A DNA stretch of 63,979 nt, counting the filler, from Octopus bimaculoides (Eukaryota): the NCBI RefSeq assembly GCF_001194135.2. It is 7 parts of 6 records of this genome, joined end to end, with 100 filler letters (N's around TTAATTAATTAA, not from the genome) between each part and the next. Parts side by side here need not be neighbours in the genome. Positions count along the whole stretch, not along the records: positions 7,444 to 31,563 come from NC_069004.1; 6 more parts are not named here. One strand, given 5' to 3'. Position numbers and translations under genes: made by a program. The notes under the pieces are model-generated. The model was not told where the DNA came from, made no database searches, and saw only the letters and a program-made list of their open reading frames with translations. Shown here one piece after another: positions 13,067-25,717 of this stretch. Every line of letters starts with the position of its first letter. Within the stretch, counting starts at the first letter, position 1.

Positions 13067-14990
13067 TTTCAAATTTTGGCACAAGGCCATCAATTTCAGA
13101 GGAGGGGGGGGGGCGTAAATCGATTACATGGGACCCCCGCACGCACCCCATACTCAACTGGTACTTATTTTATTGACCCCCGAAAGGATGAAAGGCAAAG
13201 TTGGACCTTGGTGGAATTTGAAAGCAGAACAAGAAGACTGGTGAAATGCCACTAAGCATTTTGCCCAGTGTGTACTAATGATTCTATCAGCTCATCGCCT
13301 TAATCACTCGCTAATATTGGTCTCAAATTTTGGCACAACGCCAGCAATTTCGGGGGAAGGAGTAAGTCGATCACATTGACCCCAGTGCTCCACTGGTACT
13401 TATTTGATCAACCCCGAAAGGACGAAAGGCAGAGTCGACCTTGGTGGAATTTGAACATAAAAGATGGACAAAATGCCACGAAGCACTTTACTCAGTGTGC
13501 CTTGAAACCTGAAACAAATATTGCAGTCTGATGCTCTAATCAATCAGCTAATAATAATAATAATAATGATAATAATAATAATAATGGTTTCAAATTTTGT
13601 CACGAGGGCAGTAATTTTGGAGGAGGGGATAAATCAGTTACATTGATCCCAGTATTCAACTGGTACTTACTTTATTGACCGCAAAAGGATGAAAGGCAAA
13701 GGTGACCTTGGCAGAATTTGAACTCAGAACGTAATGACAGACAAAATGCCACTAAGGTGCTAATGATTCTGCCAGCTTGCTGCCTTAATAATGATGATGA
13801 TGATGATAATTCTTTCTAATTTTGGCACAAGGCCAGCAATTTTAAGAAAAGAGGGTATGTCAATTACATTGACCTCCAGTGCTCAACTGGTACATGTTTC
13901 ATTGACCCCTAAAAGAAAGAAAGCAAAGTCAACTTTGACAGCATTTGAATTCAGAATGTAAAGAGCCAGAAAAAATTCCACTAAACATTTTGTCCAAAAT
14001 AGTAACAATTCTGCCACCTCAAGGTAAAAGGCCTAAAATTTGGGGGAAGAGGGTTAGCTGATATCATTAACCCCAGTTCTTCACTGGCCTTGGAGGGAGA
14101 AAAGGTTAAGGTGACCATGACAAGTTTTGAACTCAAAATGTCAACACCGGGAACAAATACCACAAAGCACTTCATCCAACACTTTAACGATTCTGCCAAT
14201 CCACAGCCTAGGTAGAAAACCAAAAGTTTGTAGGAGAGAGCCTATAGCTGAGTGAAATGACCTCAATATAACACTAGTATTTCTTTTATATAGGGATCTG
14301 TATTCTCAACGTACATACAAGGGCACAAGAAGATATTTTAATCCAGTACTGTTATTTCTGTCAACTCATTGGCCAAAAGAATATATTAATAAACTTTTCA
14401 ACTACAGGCACAAGGCCTGAAATTTTGGTGGAGGAGGGTTCACTGACTTACATCAACTTCCAGAGCTTCAGCGGTACTTATTTTATCAACCCCAAAAGGA
14501 CAAACGGCCAAGTGAGCCTTGGCAGAATTTGAACTCAGAATGTAAAAACAGACAAAATACCGCTAAGCATTTTGTCCAGTGTGCTAATGGTTCTGCTAGC
14601 TCACCACCTTAATAACAATATTAATAATAAAAATGCTAATCCTTTCTATTAAAGGCACAAGGCCTGAAATTTTGGGGAAGGGGTCAAATTGATTACATTG
14701 TTGACTTCAGTGGAATTTGAACTCGGAACACAACGACAGATGAAATGCAGCTAAGCATTTCGCCTGGCATGCTAACGATTCTGCCAGCTCGCCGCATTAC
14801 TAATAATAATAATAGTGGTTTTAGGTGTAGGTAAAAGGCCAACAGTTTTGAGAGAAGGGGTTTAGTCAATGTCATCAATCTCAGTACATGACTGACAGTT
14901 TATTTTATCAACCTGGGAATGATGAAAGGCAAAGTTGATCTTGGTGGAATTTTGAAATCAAAACAAAGTGCCAAAACTAGATACCACGAG
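13067..14990 (-). mobile_element. Array of about 8 same-orientation tRNA-derived SINEs (family B)
   Basis: Repeated ggcacaaggcc...ggatgaaaggcaaagtcgacc...ggaatttgaactcagaacg...ctgccagctcgccgcctt units; the minus strand has A-box- and B-box-like heads (gagttcaaattcc). Confidence 0.85.
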
Positions 14991-15686
14991 GTATGCTTTT
15001 TTTGCCACAGTTTGTGTGAACTAATTAGTACTTAACAACAATTAATTACATAAGCATGGAACTTTCCATCAATATTTTTATGCTTGCTTTTTCCAAGTAG
15101 AATGAGTTGGATGAGACTTACTGAGGCAGTATTCTACAAGTGGACGCTCCTTTCGAGATGCTAACTGCAACTCATTTTTCGAATAAGTTATCATAATCCA
15201 AGCCCTCACAGATGAACTGCATGCTACTGGGCATTGTTTATGCAGGTTGCAAACATCATTAGCACAGCAAAAGAGTATCTGATTGAAAGGTAAGTGGAGA
15301 CGAACACAAACATACGAATGTACGTACATGATGGCTTTAGTACACTTTCTGGCAAACACATTTCACTAACAAGGCAATGGCTTACCCAATATTGTAATAG
15401 TAGTAGTAATAGTAGCAGCAGTAGACACTTGACCAAAATGCCATGCAGTTAAATGAAACTCCAAAACCAGAGCCTTGTCCTACTCCACGCACACAAAAAT
15501 ATATAGACACGGATGTGAGGTAAAGAAGTTCACTCCCCAATCTTGTGCAAGCAAGTGTCTTCTGTTATAGTAACATGCTGGCCAAAGTTTTGTGAGTGGC
15601 TCTGGTAGATGAAAAGCGAAAGAAAGCAGTTGTGTATTTGTGTATATATATTCTTTTACTTGTTTCAGTCATTTGACTGTAGCCTT

Positions 15687-15734
<48 letters not shown>

Positions 15735-15975
15735 TTAATTAAATATATTCTATGAGAATATGATATACTGAATTTAAAATGAGTGCTCTTTGTATATAAG
15801 TGTCAAATTATTAATATCATTAAGTACTCGGACATTTAATATGAGCAATTATATATAATATATTGTGAAATAATAGCAGGAAAATCAAAATCAAAAAATA
15901 AATATATAAAGTATGACAGTTTAAAGTTAAGTATTTAATGCATCTTATGATTAATTATACAAACTACACCCTCTC

Positions 15976-16067
15976 CATCTCTGATGAGTGGAAGTATTGC
16001 CTATCAATGTTTATCAATCTTGGATTCCATTATAAAGACAATACTTTTGCGAAACGATCGTAAGATG
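15976..16067 (+). ncRNA. Minimal type I hammerhead ribozyme, canonical core
   Basis: Stem I CAUCU/AGAUG; CUGAUGA; 12-bp stem II GUGGAAGUAUUG/CAAUACUUUUGC; GAAA; palindromic stem III ACGAUCGU; GUA cleavage triplet after 16062. Confidence 0.8.
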
Positions 16068-16486
16068 TGTTAAATACTTCGTTAAACTGTCTTACTTTAT
16101 ATATTTACATATACTATATATATATATATATATATATATNNNNNNNNNNNNNNNNNNNNNNNNNNNNNNNNNNNNNNNNNNNNNNNNNNNNNNNNNNNNN
16201 NNNNNNNNNNNNNNNNNNNNNNNNNNNNNNNNNNNNNNNNNNNNNNNNNNNNNNNNNNNNNNNNNNNNNNNNNNNNNNNNNNNNNNNNNNNNNNNNNNNN
16301 NNNNNNNNNNNNNNNNNNNNNNNNNNNNNNNNNNNNNNNNNNNNNNNNNNNNNNNNNNNNNNNNNNNNNNNNNNNNNNNNNNNNNNNNNNNNNNNNNNNN
16401 NNNNNNNNNNNNNNNNNNNNNNNNNNNNNNNNNNNNNNNNNNNNNNNNNNNNNNNNNNNNNNNNNNNNNNNNNNNNNNNNNNNNAC

Positions 16487-16800
16487 TGGCAACGATCTTA
16501 CTTGGCTTGCCGGGTTTTCTCACGCACAGCACATTTCCAAAGGTCTCGGTCCGTAGTCATTGCCTCGGTGAGGCCCAATGTACGAAGGTCTTGCCTCACC
16601 ACCTCAGCCCAGGTCTTCCTGGGCCTACCTCTTCCACGGGTTCCCTCAACTGTTAGGGTGTGGCACTTTTTCACGCAGCTATCCTCCTCCATTCTCACCA
16701 CATGTCCATACCAGCGCAATCGTCTCTCTTGCACGCCACAACTGATGCTTCTAATGTTCAGCTTTTCTCTCAAGATACTTACACTCTGACGGGTATTCAC
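16487..16800 (-). mobile_element. RTE-clade LINE, ORF C-terminus and start of 3' UTR
   Basis: RRLRWYGHVVRM...GTRGRGRPRKTW.EVVRQDL...DRDLWK is the typical RTE C-terminal motif set. Confidence 0.9.
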
Positions 16801-16863
16801 ATTGACATTACATATATATCTTTGTGAAAAGTTTTTTGACTTTGATTTTCCTGCTATTATTTC

Positions 16864-16902
<39 letters not shown>

Positions 16903-17627
16903 NNNNNNNNNNNNNNNNNNNNNNNNNNNNNNNNNNNNNNNNNNNNNNNNNNNNNNNNNNNNNNNNNNNNNNNNNNNNNNNNNATTTAGTGTCTGCTTTC
17001 CATGCTGGCATGGGTTAGACAGTTTGACTGAAATTGGTAAGCTGGAGGGCTACCCCAGGTTCCAGTCTGATTTGGCATGGTTTCTACGGCTGGATGCCCT
17101 TCCTAATGCTGACCAATCCAAGACTGTAATAGGTGCTGTTTATGTGGTATTGGCACAGGTGCCATTGACATGACACCGCAATCGGCCACAACTACAATTT
17201 CACTTGACTTGATGGGTCATCTTTATATACACACACACACACACACATGGGCGGGTGTATTTATATCATGTCATGTCAAGCAACAGTCATAAACAAGCAT
17301 CACCAACAGACACACAATGTCACTCATATTGTTAATCATCTCTGGGAAACATGTCCAGCCACGGGGAAATATCACCGTAGGCCATAAAAAAACCAGCCTC
17401 CATCAATACTGCCTGATCCATGCAAGCATGGAAAAATGGGTGTTAAAGTGATGAGACACACACATGTATGTCAAGGAATGTCTTATCAACTGTTAAGTAA
17501 TTTGTGAGGGCATTGAAAATTTCATCTAATGGTCTAAAGAAACATAAAATACTAGCAGAGTAATTTTGCTCATTGTCTACTCATGTGTGTGCGTATACAT
17601 ATATATATATATATATATATTGTGATG

Positions 17628-17925
17628 AAAGTGCAGGTCTTAGTGGTTAGGGTATTTGGCCCATAATCATAAAGTCATGTTGTGTCCTTGAGCAAGACAC
17701 TTATTTCACATTGCTACAGTCCACTCAGATGGCAAAAATAAGTTGTACCTGTACTTCAAAGGGTCAGCCTTTTCACATTGTGTGTCATGCTGAATCTCCC
17801 TGAGAAACTTAAGGGTACACATGTTTGTGGAGTGTTCAGCCATTTCCACATTAATTTCATGAGCAGGCTGTTCCGTTGATCAGATCAGCTGGAAACGTCG
17901 TCGTAGTAAGTGATGCAGTGCCAGT
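17628..17925 (+). mobile_element. tRNA-headed SINE with CORE-like segment
   Basis: tgtgtccttgagcaagacacttatttcac segment; copies at about 21556-21740 (+) and 26890-27225 (-). Confidence 0.65.
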
Positions 17926-20900
17926 TATATAGTGTCACCAATATATTTATATGGTATTCAACTGACGTACCAGTGAATTGGATGTTTAACAGACCCCTTT
18001 GAAGGAACTCCTTTCCTCAGTTTGATATTTTATATTCTTTTACCTGTTTCAGTCATTTGACTGCGGCCATGTAGGAGCACCACCTTTCATCATCATCATC
18101 ATCATCATCGTTTAACGTCCGCTTTCCATGCTAGCATGGGTTGGACGATTTGACTGAGGACTGGTGAAACCGGATGGCAACACCAGGCTCCAGTCTAATT
18201 TGGCCTTTATATATATATATTGGTGACAATATTACTGAGATTATTCCAAGCTAGCTTTTACATTGGACCAATAGTCAGTGTAAAGGAATGGTAGAGAAAA
18301 TATTTTAGGCAATGTGGCTGCAGTTAAAGAGATGTCTTGGCAAGAAAAGGGTGAGAGAAATCCAAGTTAGAAAAAGAGGGAGGAAAGTCATTATGTGTAA
18401 TTTATATATTATAATAATTTCTGATATAGGCACTAGGCCACAAATTTTGTGGAAAGAGCTTAGTTGATGGCACTAACTCCAGCAGTTTTTTGGTACTTAT
18501 TTTATCACTGCAGAAGGATGAAAGTCAAAAAACATAAGCAAGGCGTGACAATCAGAATGCAAAGGGACGTAACTAAAACTAGTAATGATGACAACGACAA
18601 TTTGTAACAGGCACAAGGCCACAACTTTTGTGGAAGGAAGTATAGTAGATTGGTATACTTATTTTTACTGAACCCACCTAGAAGGATGAAAGGAAAAGCC
18701 AGCCTCTGCGAGTACGGGATGAAAAACATAAAGGGACATAATTAAAATACTACAGGGCGTTTTGTCTTGTACTTTACAGATCCTGCCATGGCATAGCTTT
18801 CGTAATACGGAGAGTAGAGAGCGGAAGTACAGTTGATTGTATCAATACAGGTACTTGATTGCTACTTGTTTTTATCCACTAACATTATCCAAGAAGACAA
18901 ATAGTAAAATTTGAGTTTGACCAGATGTGAATGTTAATTTTTTACGAGACATAGCTGCTCTACCAATTCCACTAAATAACCAACTATGATAAATATTTAA
19001 TACCCCTTTCTTTGATGTGAATCCAACCAACTTTGATTTATACAAAAGTTTTCATTGTGTTATCAGTTTCAATCATGTGCTACCAATGACAGAGCCTCTT
19101 TAGGGTTGCTTAATGTGCTAGTAATAGCAGCTGAAATCCCTTCTCAAATCACATCCCACAATCTTGAAGAAAAAAAAAAAAAAGGGGGTTACATTGGATA
19201 ATGTAATCTCATACATATCTGAATAAATAACAGGCTGGTCACAACTGTAAGGGCCTTTCATCACAAGTCTACTGGATCAGGACTGGCCTGGGTTTAAACA
19301 ACAACAATAACAACTGGACTGTTGGAAATGATGGGGAAATTTACAGAGAGAGTCTCTTCACAGGTCTACCAGTACAGAACAAAAACATCAAAACCAAAAC
19401 AATAAGCATTAATACAATAGCTGTACTGCTGAAGTCAACACGCTCTTTAAGATAAGATCAGGCAGTACAAAATATATTATAATAATAATAATAAAAAGAC
19501 ACCATCTCAAAATAAATAATTTAGCAAGTGGTACAGGAGAAAACTGCAAGAAACAATGGGTGACAATGAATGTGTAATTGTCTCACAGAGAGCATATTAT
19601 GCTGGGGCATACCTCTGGTTCAATGGTGTTAACGAAGATGATAAATAAAACCTTCAACTGGATAGGAAACCAGTCTATTTTAGACAAACACTCTCAGAGG
19701 ACCTGGTAGATATCTCCTTGCAGTAAGATGAACTGAGGTCCACAAAAAGTAAACTGTCCAAGATCAGAGGAGACACATGGAAATATGTTTTGGAGCACGG
19801 TTTATGGAAAACATGTTTAAAAGCCACAGAAAAGTAGAGAGGCATGTAAGGAACAAAATACAGTGGAAAAAAAAGAAACCCCAGAAATAATATTAAAATA
19901 AATAAACACAGAACAAAGAGGAACAAATAAAAATATAGTAATTTCTTAAATTAGGCATCTTGTCAATGCAATGCCAACACCGGGAGAGAATTTTAGAATC
20001 AAAGTGTAAGCTGTGTGGAATATTTATCCAAACACTGTCGCTTGTAGGCAAGGTATAAAGTCTTAGGAAGATAAAGTAATTTCACTTAACATGATTGACC
20101 AGTTTGCCAAATTAATTTTTCAATTAAGTGAAGTTTGTATCTTGCTACATGACACAATTCACAGAATATAGGCATGTGTAAATTGGCCACACGTCACAAT
20201 ACACATGGTAATACAGATGCATGTATCCGAACCTATGATGCAATACAGAACATGAATATGTGAGCCTTGCCACATGATACAATGCAGAAACCAGAGTGAT
20301 ATAGCTATTAGAATTTATAGTTGAATGTAGCAAAAGAACACTAGCTCTATCTCATGGTTAAAACATTGGCAGATCCCACAATATCATAAACTATTGCTTA
20401 TCAGGTATTGTGATGTGTTGGTGCTTATCCCTGTTTTTAAGGTGTTAAGCAGTTCAGAGATAGTTGTCTTTTCTCTGTCTCCTGAGATAGGCAAACAGAT
20501 TATAGTAAACCTTGCCTTATATAAGTAAAACACCCATTGATTATACAGTGCTCCTGACTCCACGGCTTAATAGAGTGAGAGCTACCTTCCCATGGAAACT
20601 ATTTAAAGCAAGTTGAACTGGACCTTTGAGAGTCAAGTGTCTTTGCCACAGAAATAGTACAGCACCAGTGATTGGATACTAGTCATTGATCCTTTGGCAG
20701 TTGTGCCAGTGCTGTACCAACTGTGACAAATGCTACTCAAACACGCAGCGATAGGCATTTATCTAAATGACTTTTACGTCGTGTCACATCAAGCAGGCAA
20801 ACAGGAGGTGGAAAATTCCCACCCAAACCCCCTACAAACGTTCATACAGTTTCCATTATAAAAATATATTTTGCAGCTTTCTGTATAAAGATTACAGTGC

Positions 20901-21278
20901 CAGAGTCCTGACATGCCAGTCTTTAGTTCAACAGCTTTAACAAAACCACAAGAATAGCAATGAAGTTTTCAGTGGCTAAACAGGTTTTTTTTTTTTGCGT
21001 TTTTCCTCCCAAGAAATATATCACTGTAAATACCCAATTCTCTTCATACCCAACTGAAGAAAAAAGAATTGTTAATTATTCAGAGGAAAAACCATTAAAA
21101 TCTGTGACGATATTTAGTCAACATAGCCAGGACTGAAAGAACACAAGAAATAAATAGAAGTCTTGTGTTGGAGGTATTTTTTTTTGTGTTTGCAACTCAC
21201 TGTCTCTTTGAGTTAACATCTGGAATGGAATTGTAGCAAAATTTACACCTAACGAATCGGATGTGTGGACGCTGGTCA

Positions 21279-21443
21279 TCATTCTAGGTCTTGTAGATTG
21301 ATGGTAGTTCCAGTAAATTCTGTTGATGATGCACCATGTTCAGAAGCTGAATCAGCTGCTGTGCTTGAACTTGCATCATGCAAAGCCAGATCAGTGACAA
21401 GACTACCATCTCCGGGATACATCTCTGGATTTGGTGGATCATC
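21279..21443 (-). CDS. ZXDC: ZXD-family gene terminal coding exon
   Basis: DDPPNPEMYPG...TEFTGTTINLQDLE*; phase 0 acceptor ttttccag. The TINLQDL end matches the ZXDC C-terminus as I recall it. Confidence 0.85.
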   Translation of the reverse strand, partial: DDPPNPEMYPGDGSLVTDLALHDASSSTAADSASEHGASSTEFTGTTINLQDLE

Positions 21444-22999
21444 CTGGAAAATAAATAGCAAGCAAACAAAATTATAACAGCTGTTAAAAAACTGGCCTGT
21501 CTTCTTATGTTTAATATAACTATATGCAATAACATTATATTATATCTAAGTGTGAAGGTGCATGGCTCTGTGGTCAGAGTGTTGGGCTCACAATCATCAG
21601 GTGGTGAGTTTGATTCCTGGACTGGGCTGTGTGTTGTGTTCTTGAGCAAGACACTTTATTTCACATTGTTCCAATTCACTCAGCTGTAAAAATGAGTTAC
21701 AATGTCACTGGTGTTAAGCTGTATTGGCCTCTGCCTTTCCCATGGCCATTCCTGACCGAAGAGGTTCTTTACTTTATATCTAACAAGATTAAGTTTGCTC
21801 AGTTGAAAATGAGTACTAATGGCAGCTGGGGTGGTGGTGATGGTATTTAAGGTGGGGTTGTGTTGGAAGAAGTTTGCTTCTAAATCACATGGTTACAAGC
21901 ATCTTCTACTATGGCCTTAGATCAACCCTTGTGAGTTCAAATCCTTGTGAGTTTATTTGGCAGACAAAAACTGAAAGAAGCCCATAGTATAATAATGCGC
22001 ACACACACGTCTATGTGTGTGTGTGTGTGTATGTCTCTTTGCCATGACGTTGTGTTATAGTTGGAAATGAATGGAACTGACATGCAGGCAGTGACCTTTG
22101 TCCCCAAATTTTCATGAAAAGCTCTTCTGGTCTAATGAGTCTGAAGACTCAAAACAGATTTTTGACATAGAACATAATTAATGCCTATCAAAAAAGCTCA
22201 GTAAAACTATGTATGTGATGATTGTTTTTTTTTGTTCTGAAAGTCTGAGGAACAACATTTTTATAGAAAAGAATTTGTGATCCTGATGCATTTCTTGATG
22301 GCATAAGAGATGCCAGCAAAAAGAGCTCCATCTGTCTCTCTCTCTCTCTCCCACTCCCCTTCTTCATTGTCCTACTGGGGTGGTCAGGTATCTCCTCTAT
22401 AGTATGGAAACTACCTCTGTTCCTCTATTATACTCTAACCTCTCACCTGGCACACAGCCAATTCCCTCAGTTCCACTCTCTTAACTAGGAGGTCTTTGTC
22501 GTGCAAGCTGATAAGAGAAATTGTCTGTTTCATGATATTTTTATCACTGTACAATGATTGGTAGCACTAATCGGAAGCTCACCATAAACACTCCACAATG
22601 CCAGCATCATATATTCTGGGTAGGTGGCACTGAGAGCAGGTTTGAATGTGCCCCGAACACATTTATAGTGCATAATGTATTGAATCCTTTTCTTCTCTCA
22701 TTTGTAAATCCAAAGCACACAAATACACACAGACATATATATAGTGCATGTGTGTTGTAAGTGACATAGACTACTTAATCCTTGGGTGCCTTTAGCAAAG
22801 TTCAGTTTGTGACAATTATCTGGATCAGTTCTGTACTCCAACCTGTTCCTGAGATCCAGTATCAGTCACAACAATCTTTCCAACGTTGGGTCCTAACTAC
22901 AAAGATGTAGGTGGTTCATGTATATCATTCTCTGATTAAACTTATTATTAAAATAACAAACAAAAATGAGAGAAAGAGAAACTCCAGTTGTCTTCTTAC

Positions 23000-23133
23000 C
23001 TGTAGTAGTTGTGTTTGAACATATGTCACACCTGTTTCTGGATCTCGTAATGTAATGCCATGAGGAGGGAGATTGTCAGAGGAACTGAACAAAGAAGCAG
23101 AATTTACTGCTACCGATAACAATTTCTCAGAGT
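23000..23133 (-). CDS. ZXDC: ZXD-family gene exon
   Basis: (D)SEKLLSVAVNSASLFSSSDNLPPHGITLRDPETGVTYVQTQLLQ; poly-T ag acceptor, CAG|gtaaga donor; phase 1 to 0. Confidence 0.8.
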
Positions 23134-23170
23134 CTAAAAAAAAAGAAGACAAAATAAGAATAATAATAAT

Positions 23171-23826
23171 CCTTTCTACTAAAGGCACAAGGCCTGAAAT
23201 TTTGGGGGAGGGGACTAGTTGATTACATCGATTCCAGTACTTTATTGACCCTGAAAAGATGAAATGCAAAGTCAACTTCAGTGGAGTTTGAACTCAGAAT
23301 GCAAAAACAGATAAAATGCTGCCAAACATTTGCCTGCTGCAGTAATAATTCTACCAGCTTGCTGCCTTAAGTATAATAATAATCCTTTCTGCTGGAAGCA
23401 CAAGGCCTCGAACTTTGGGGGGAGAGGACAAGTGTTTCATTGGTACTTAATTTATCAACCCCAAAAGGATGAAAGGTAAAGTCGACCTCCGTGACATTTG
23501 GACTCAGAATGTAAAGACAGGCAAAATACCACTAGGCATTTTGTCCGGCGTGCAAACAATTCTGCCAGCTCACTGTTTTAAGAGTAATAATAATAAAAAT
23601 AATAATGATGATGATGATGATCCTTTCTACTAAAGGCACAGTGCCTGAAATTTTGGGGGAAGGGGATAGTCGATTACACTGACCCCAGTGCTCAACTAGT
23701 ACTTATTTTACCGACCCTGAAAGGATGAAAGGCAAAGTTGACCTCAGTGGAATTTGAACTCAGAACGTCGTGACAGATGAAATACTTCTAAGCATTTCTC
23801 CCAGCGTGCTAACGATTCTGCCAGTT
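23171..23826 (-). mobile_element. Three tandem family-B SINEs
   Basis: Same unit, separated by short (AAT)n/(GAT)n runs. Confidence 0.85.
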
Positions 23827-23900
23827 CTAATTTAGACACAAAACCAACAATTTCTGATACCATCTCTCCTGTTTTCAAGCAAAGTAATATTCCCCTAGTC

Positions 23901-24628
23901 CAGTGGTTCTCAACCAGGGTCCACATAAGATTTTATTGTTAAAATTTATGAGCATTAAATTGCTTGTACTACTACATTACACAAATTATTTTAACAATTT
24001 TTTTTATGCAATTCCTAAAAGTATTTAAAATCTTTTGAGCATTCAGATTACTCTGCGAAATGTAATGCTTATTTTATTCTTTTCTTTAATCTTGTTTCAG
24101 TCATTTGACTGCGACCATGCTGGAGCTCTGCCTTGAAGAGTTTTAGTCAAACAAATTGACCCCAAAACTTATTTCTTTTTAAGCCTAATACTTATTCTAT
24201 CAGCCTCTTTTGCTGAACCGCTAAGTTACAGCAACATAAACACACCAAGCAGTGATGGAGGAAGAAACACACACACACACACACAGATATAGATATATGA
24301 CGAGCTTCTTTCAGCTTCCATCTACAACATCCACTCACAAGGCTTTGGTTGGCCTGAGGATATAGTTGAAGACACTTTCCTGAAGTGCCATGCAGTGGGA
24401 TTCAACCCGGAACCATGTGGTTCATACTGTATTGAATTAATCAAGTATTATCTTGTAGCTTAGAGATTTTGATGATGTGAGTGTTTATTTTTAGAATGAC
24501 ATTGTAGGATTGATTGGTGTGAGAGGCCAAACCTGGCCAGTTTCAACATAAAACTGATAGAATTTTTTGTTTAGAATAAAATAGGAATCAAAGGGGTCCA
24601 TAAGCAAAAAAATGGTTGTGAACCACCA
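23901..24628. mobile_element. Same hAT MITE family, carrying nested piggyBac-like MITE and SINE insertions
   Basis: Left TIR cagtggttctcaacc; decayed right TIR ggttgtgaaccacca; the interior holds the 9597-type MITE split by a SINE. Confidence 0.6.
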
Positions 24629-24958
24629 GGTTGCAAATGAATGACACAGCTTATGTGATGGTGGAAGTTTGATTACAATTAGCTTGCAATGTCAAGACAA
24701 AGAGACACAAATATACATACTCATGTGCAGACTCACACACACACACACACACACTCTTTTCAGTTTGTCTACCAAACACGCTCACAAAATTTGGTTGGCT
24801 AGGGCCTACAATAGAAGACACTTGACTGAACCTGAAAATATATGGCTGCAAAGCAAACCACCTAAGCACCTAGTCTGAGAATTTACCATTTTAACAGATT
24901 TGTCAGTTTAGAAATGTTCAAAATAATCAAAGGACAGATTGAAAGTAAAGACACTTAC

Positions 24959-25045
24959 CTGTAGACATATAATCTGAAGGACCAACTAATACTGGATCAG
25001 TAGAACCAAGGATGGAATTAGATAAAGAATTGGTGAGGTTTACTC
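24959..25045 (-). CDS. ZXDC: ZXD-family gene exon
   Basis: (G)VNLTNSLSNSILGSTDPVLVGPSDYMST; tttcag acceptor, gtaagt donor; 87 nt, phase 1 to 1. Too short for the ORF track. Confidence 0.75.
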
Positions 25046-25417
25046 CTGAAATATACACATAATTATAGAGTCAGACAGGAATACAAGTTTTAAGACGACA
25101 AAGATAACCAACAATGAAACAATGAAGAAACCTGTATGTGGTTTACTCAGCCTTTTAGAGCACAACACCACACGAGCTAAGACGTCTTAGACAAGTATTA
25201 ATCTTCCTTTCACCTTCTTCTTATTCTTCTAAGCAGTTACGGCAGCAAAAGCTGATTACGTCATTTTATCTAAACTGAAACAAGTGTTTTCCACGTTCAT
25301 ATTTGAATCTTTTGCCTTTCTACAATATTTTTTACTTTTATTTATTCTCAAACTGGATGAGTGTATAACAACAAGCCAGCCGGCACAAAAAATATCTAGT
25401 GAGACTTCTTTACCAAT

Positions 25418-25462
25418 GTGCTTGAAGAGACCCAGACTGATGGCTCGAAACATATGTTGTAC
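25418..25462 (+). ncRNA. Degenerate hammerhead-like motif in a ZXD intron (antisense to the gene)
   Basis: GUGC UUGAAGA GACCCA-GACUGA-UGGCUC GAAA CAUAUG UU GUAC; C3 changed to U; palindrome ACAUAUGU. Confidence 0.5.
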
Positions 25463-25597
25463 CTAATAAAAGTCTAATACAAAATCCATCTCCTACTATC
25501 AATTAATATATAAATACACACACACGTCTGTGTCTGTGCGAGTATGCATATATCTGACACGTACGTGGCATAAGACAAATAGGAGTGAAGAACTTAC

Positions 25598-25717
25598 CTG
25601 ATACAGGTGTTGCTTGATTCTCAGACTGAGAATGCTGCCCAAGAGACTCGAGACCACCATCGGAAATATCATCTGAGCCAAGGAGGGGCACTAAATCCAA
25701 GTGAGGACTGTCAGAAG
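25598..25717 (-). CDS. ZXDC: ZXD-family gene exon (post-finger acidic region)
   Basis: (A)SDSPHLDLVPLLGSDDISDGGLESLGQHSQSENQATPVS; cccag acceptor, gtaagt donor; 120 nt, phase 1 to 1. Confidence 0.8.

Noticed and set aside
13067-14990. CRISPR-like or satellite array
   Set aside because: The units are diverged ~200-bp SINEs also found dispersed elsewhere, in eukaryotic DNA with no repeat-spacer structure.
7876-19730. Speculative plus-strand gene from 7876-7960, 12550-12630, 15246-15289 and about 19687-19730
   Set aside because: The phases can be matched, but the ~65-aa product resembles nothing I know and two splice sites are weak. It needs RNA-seq.
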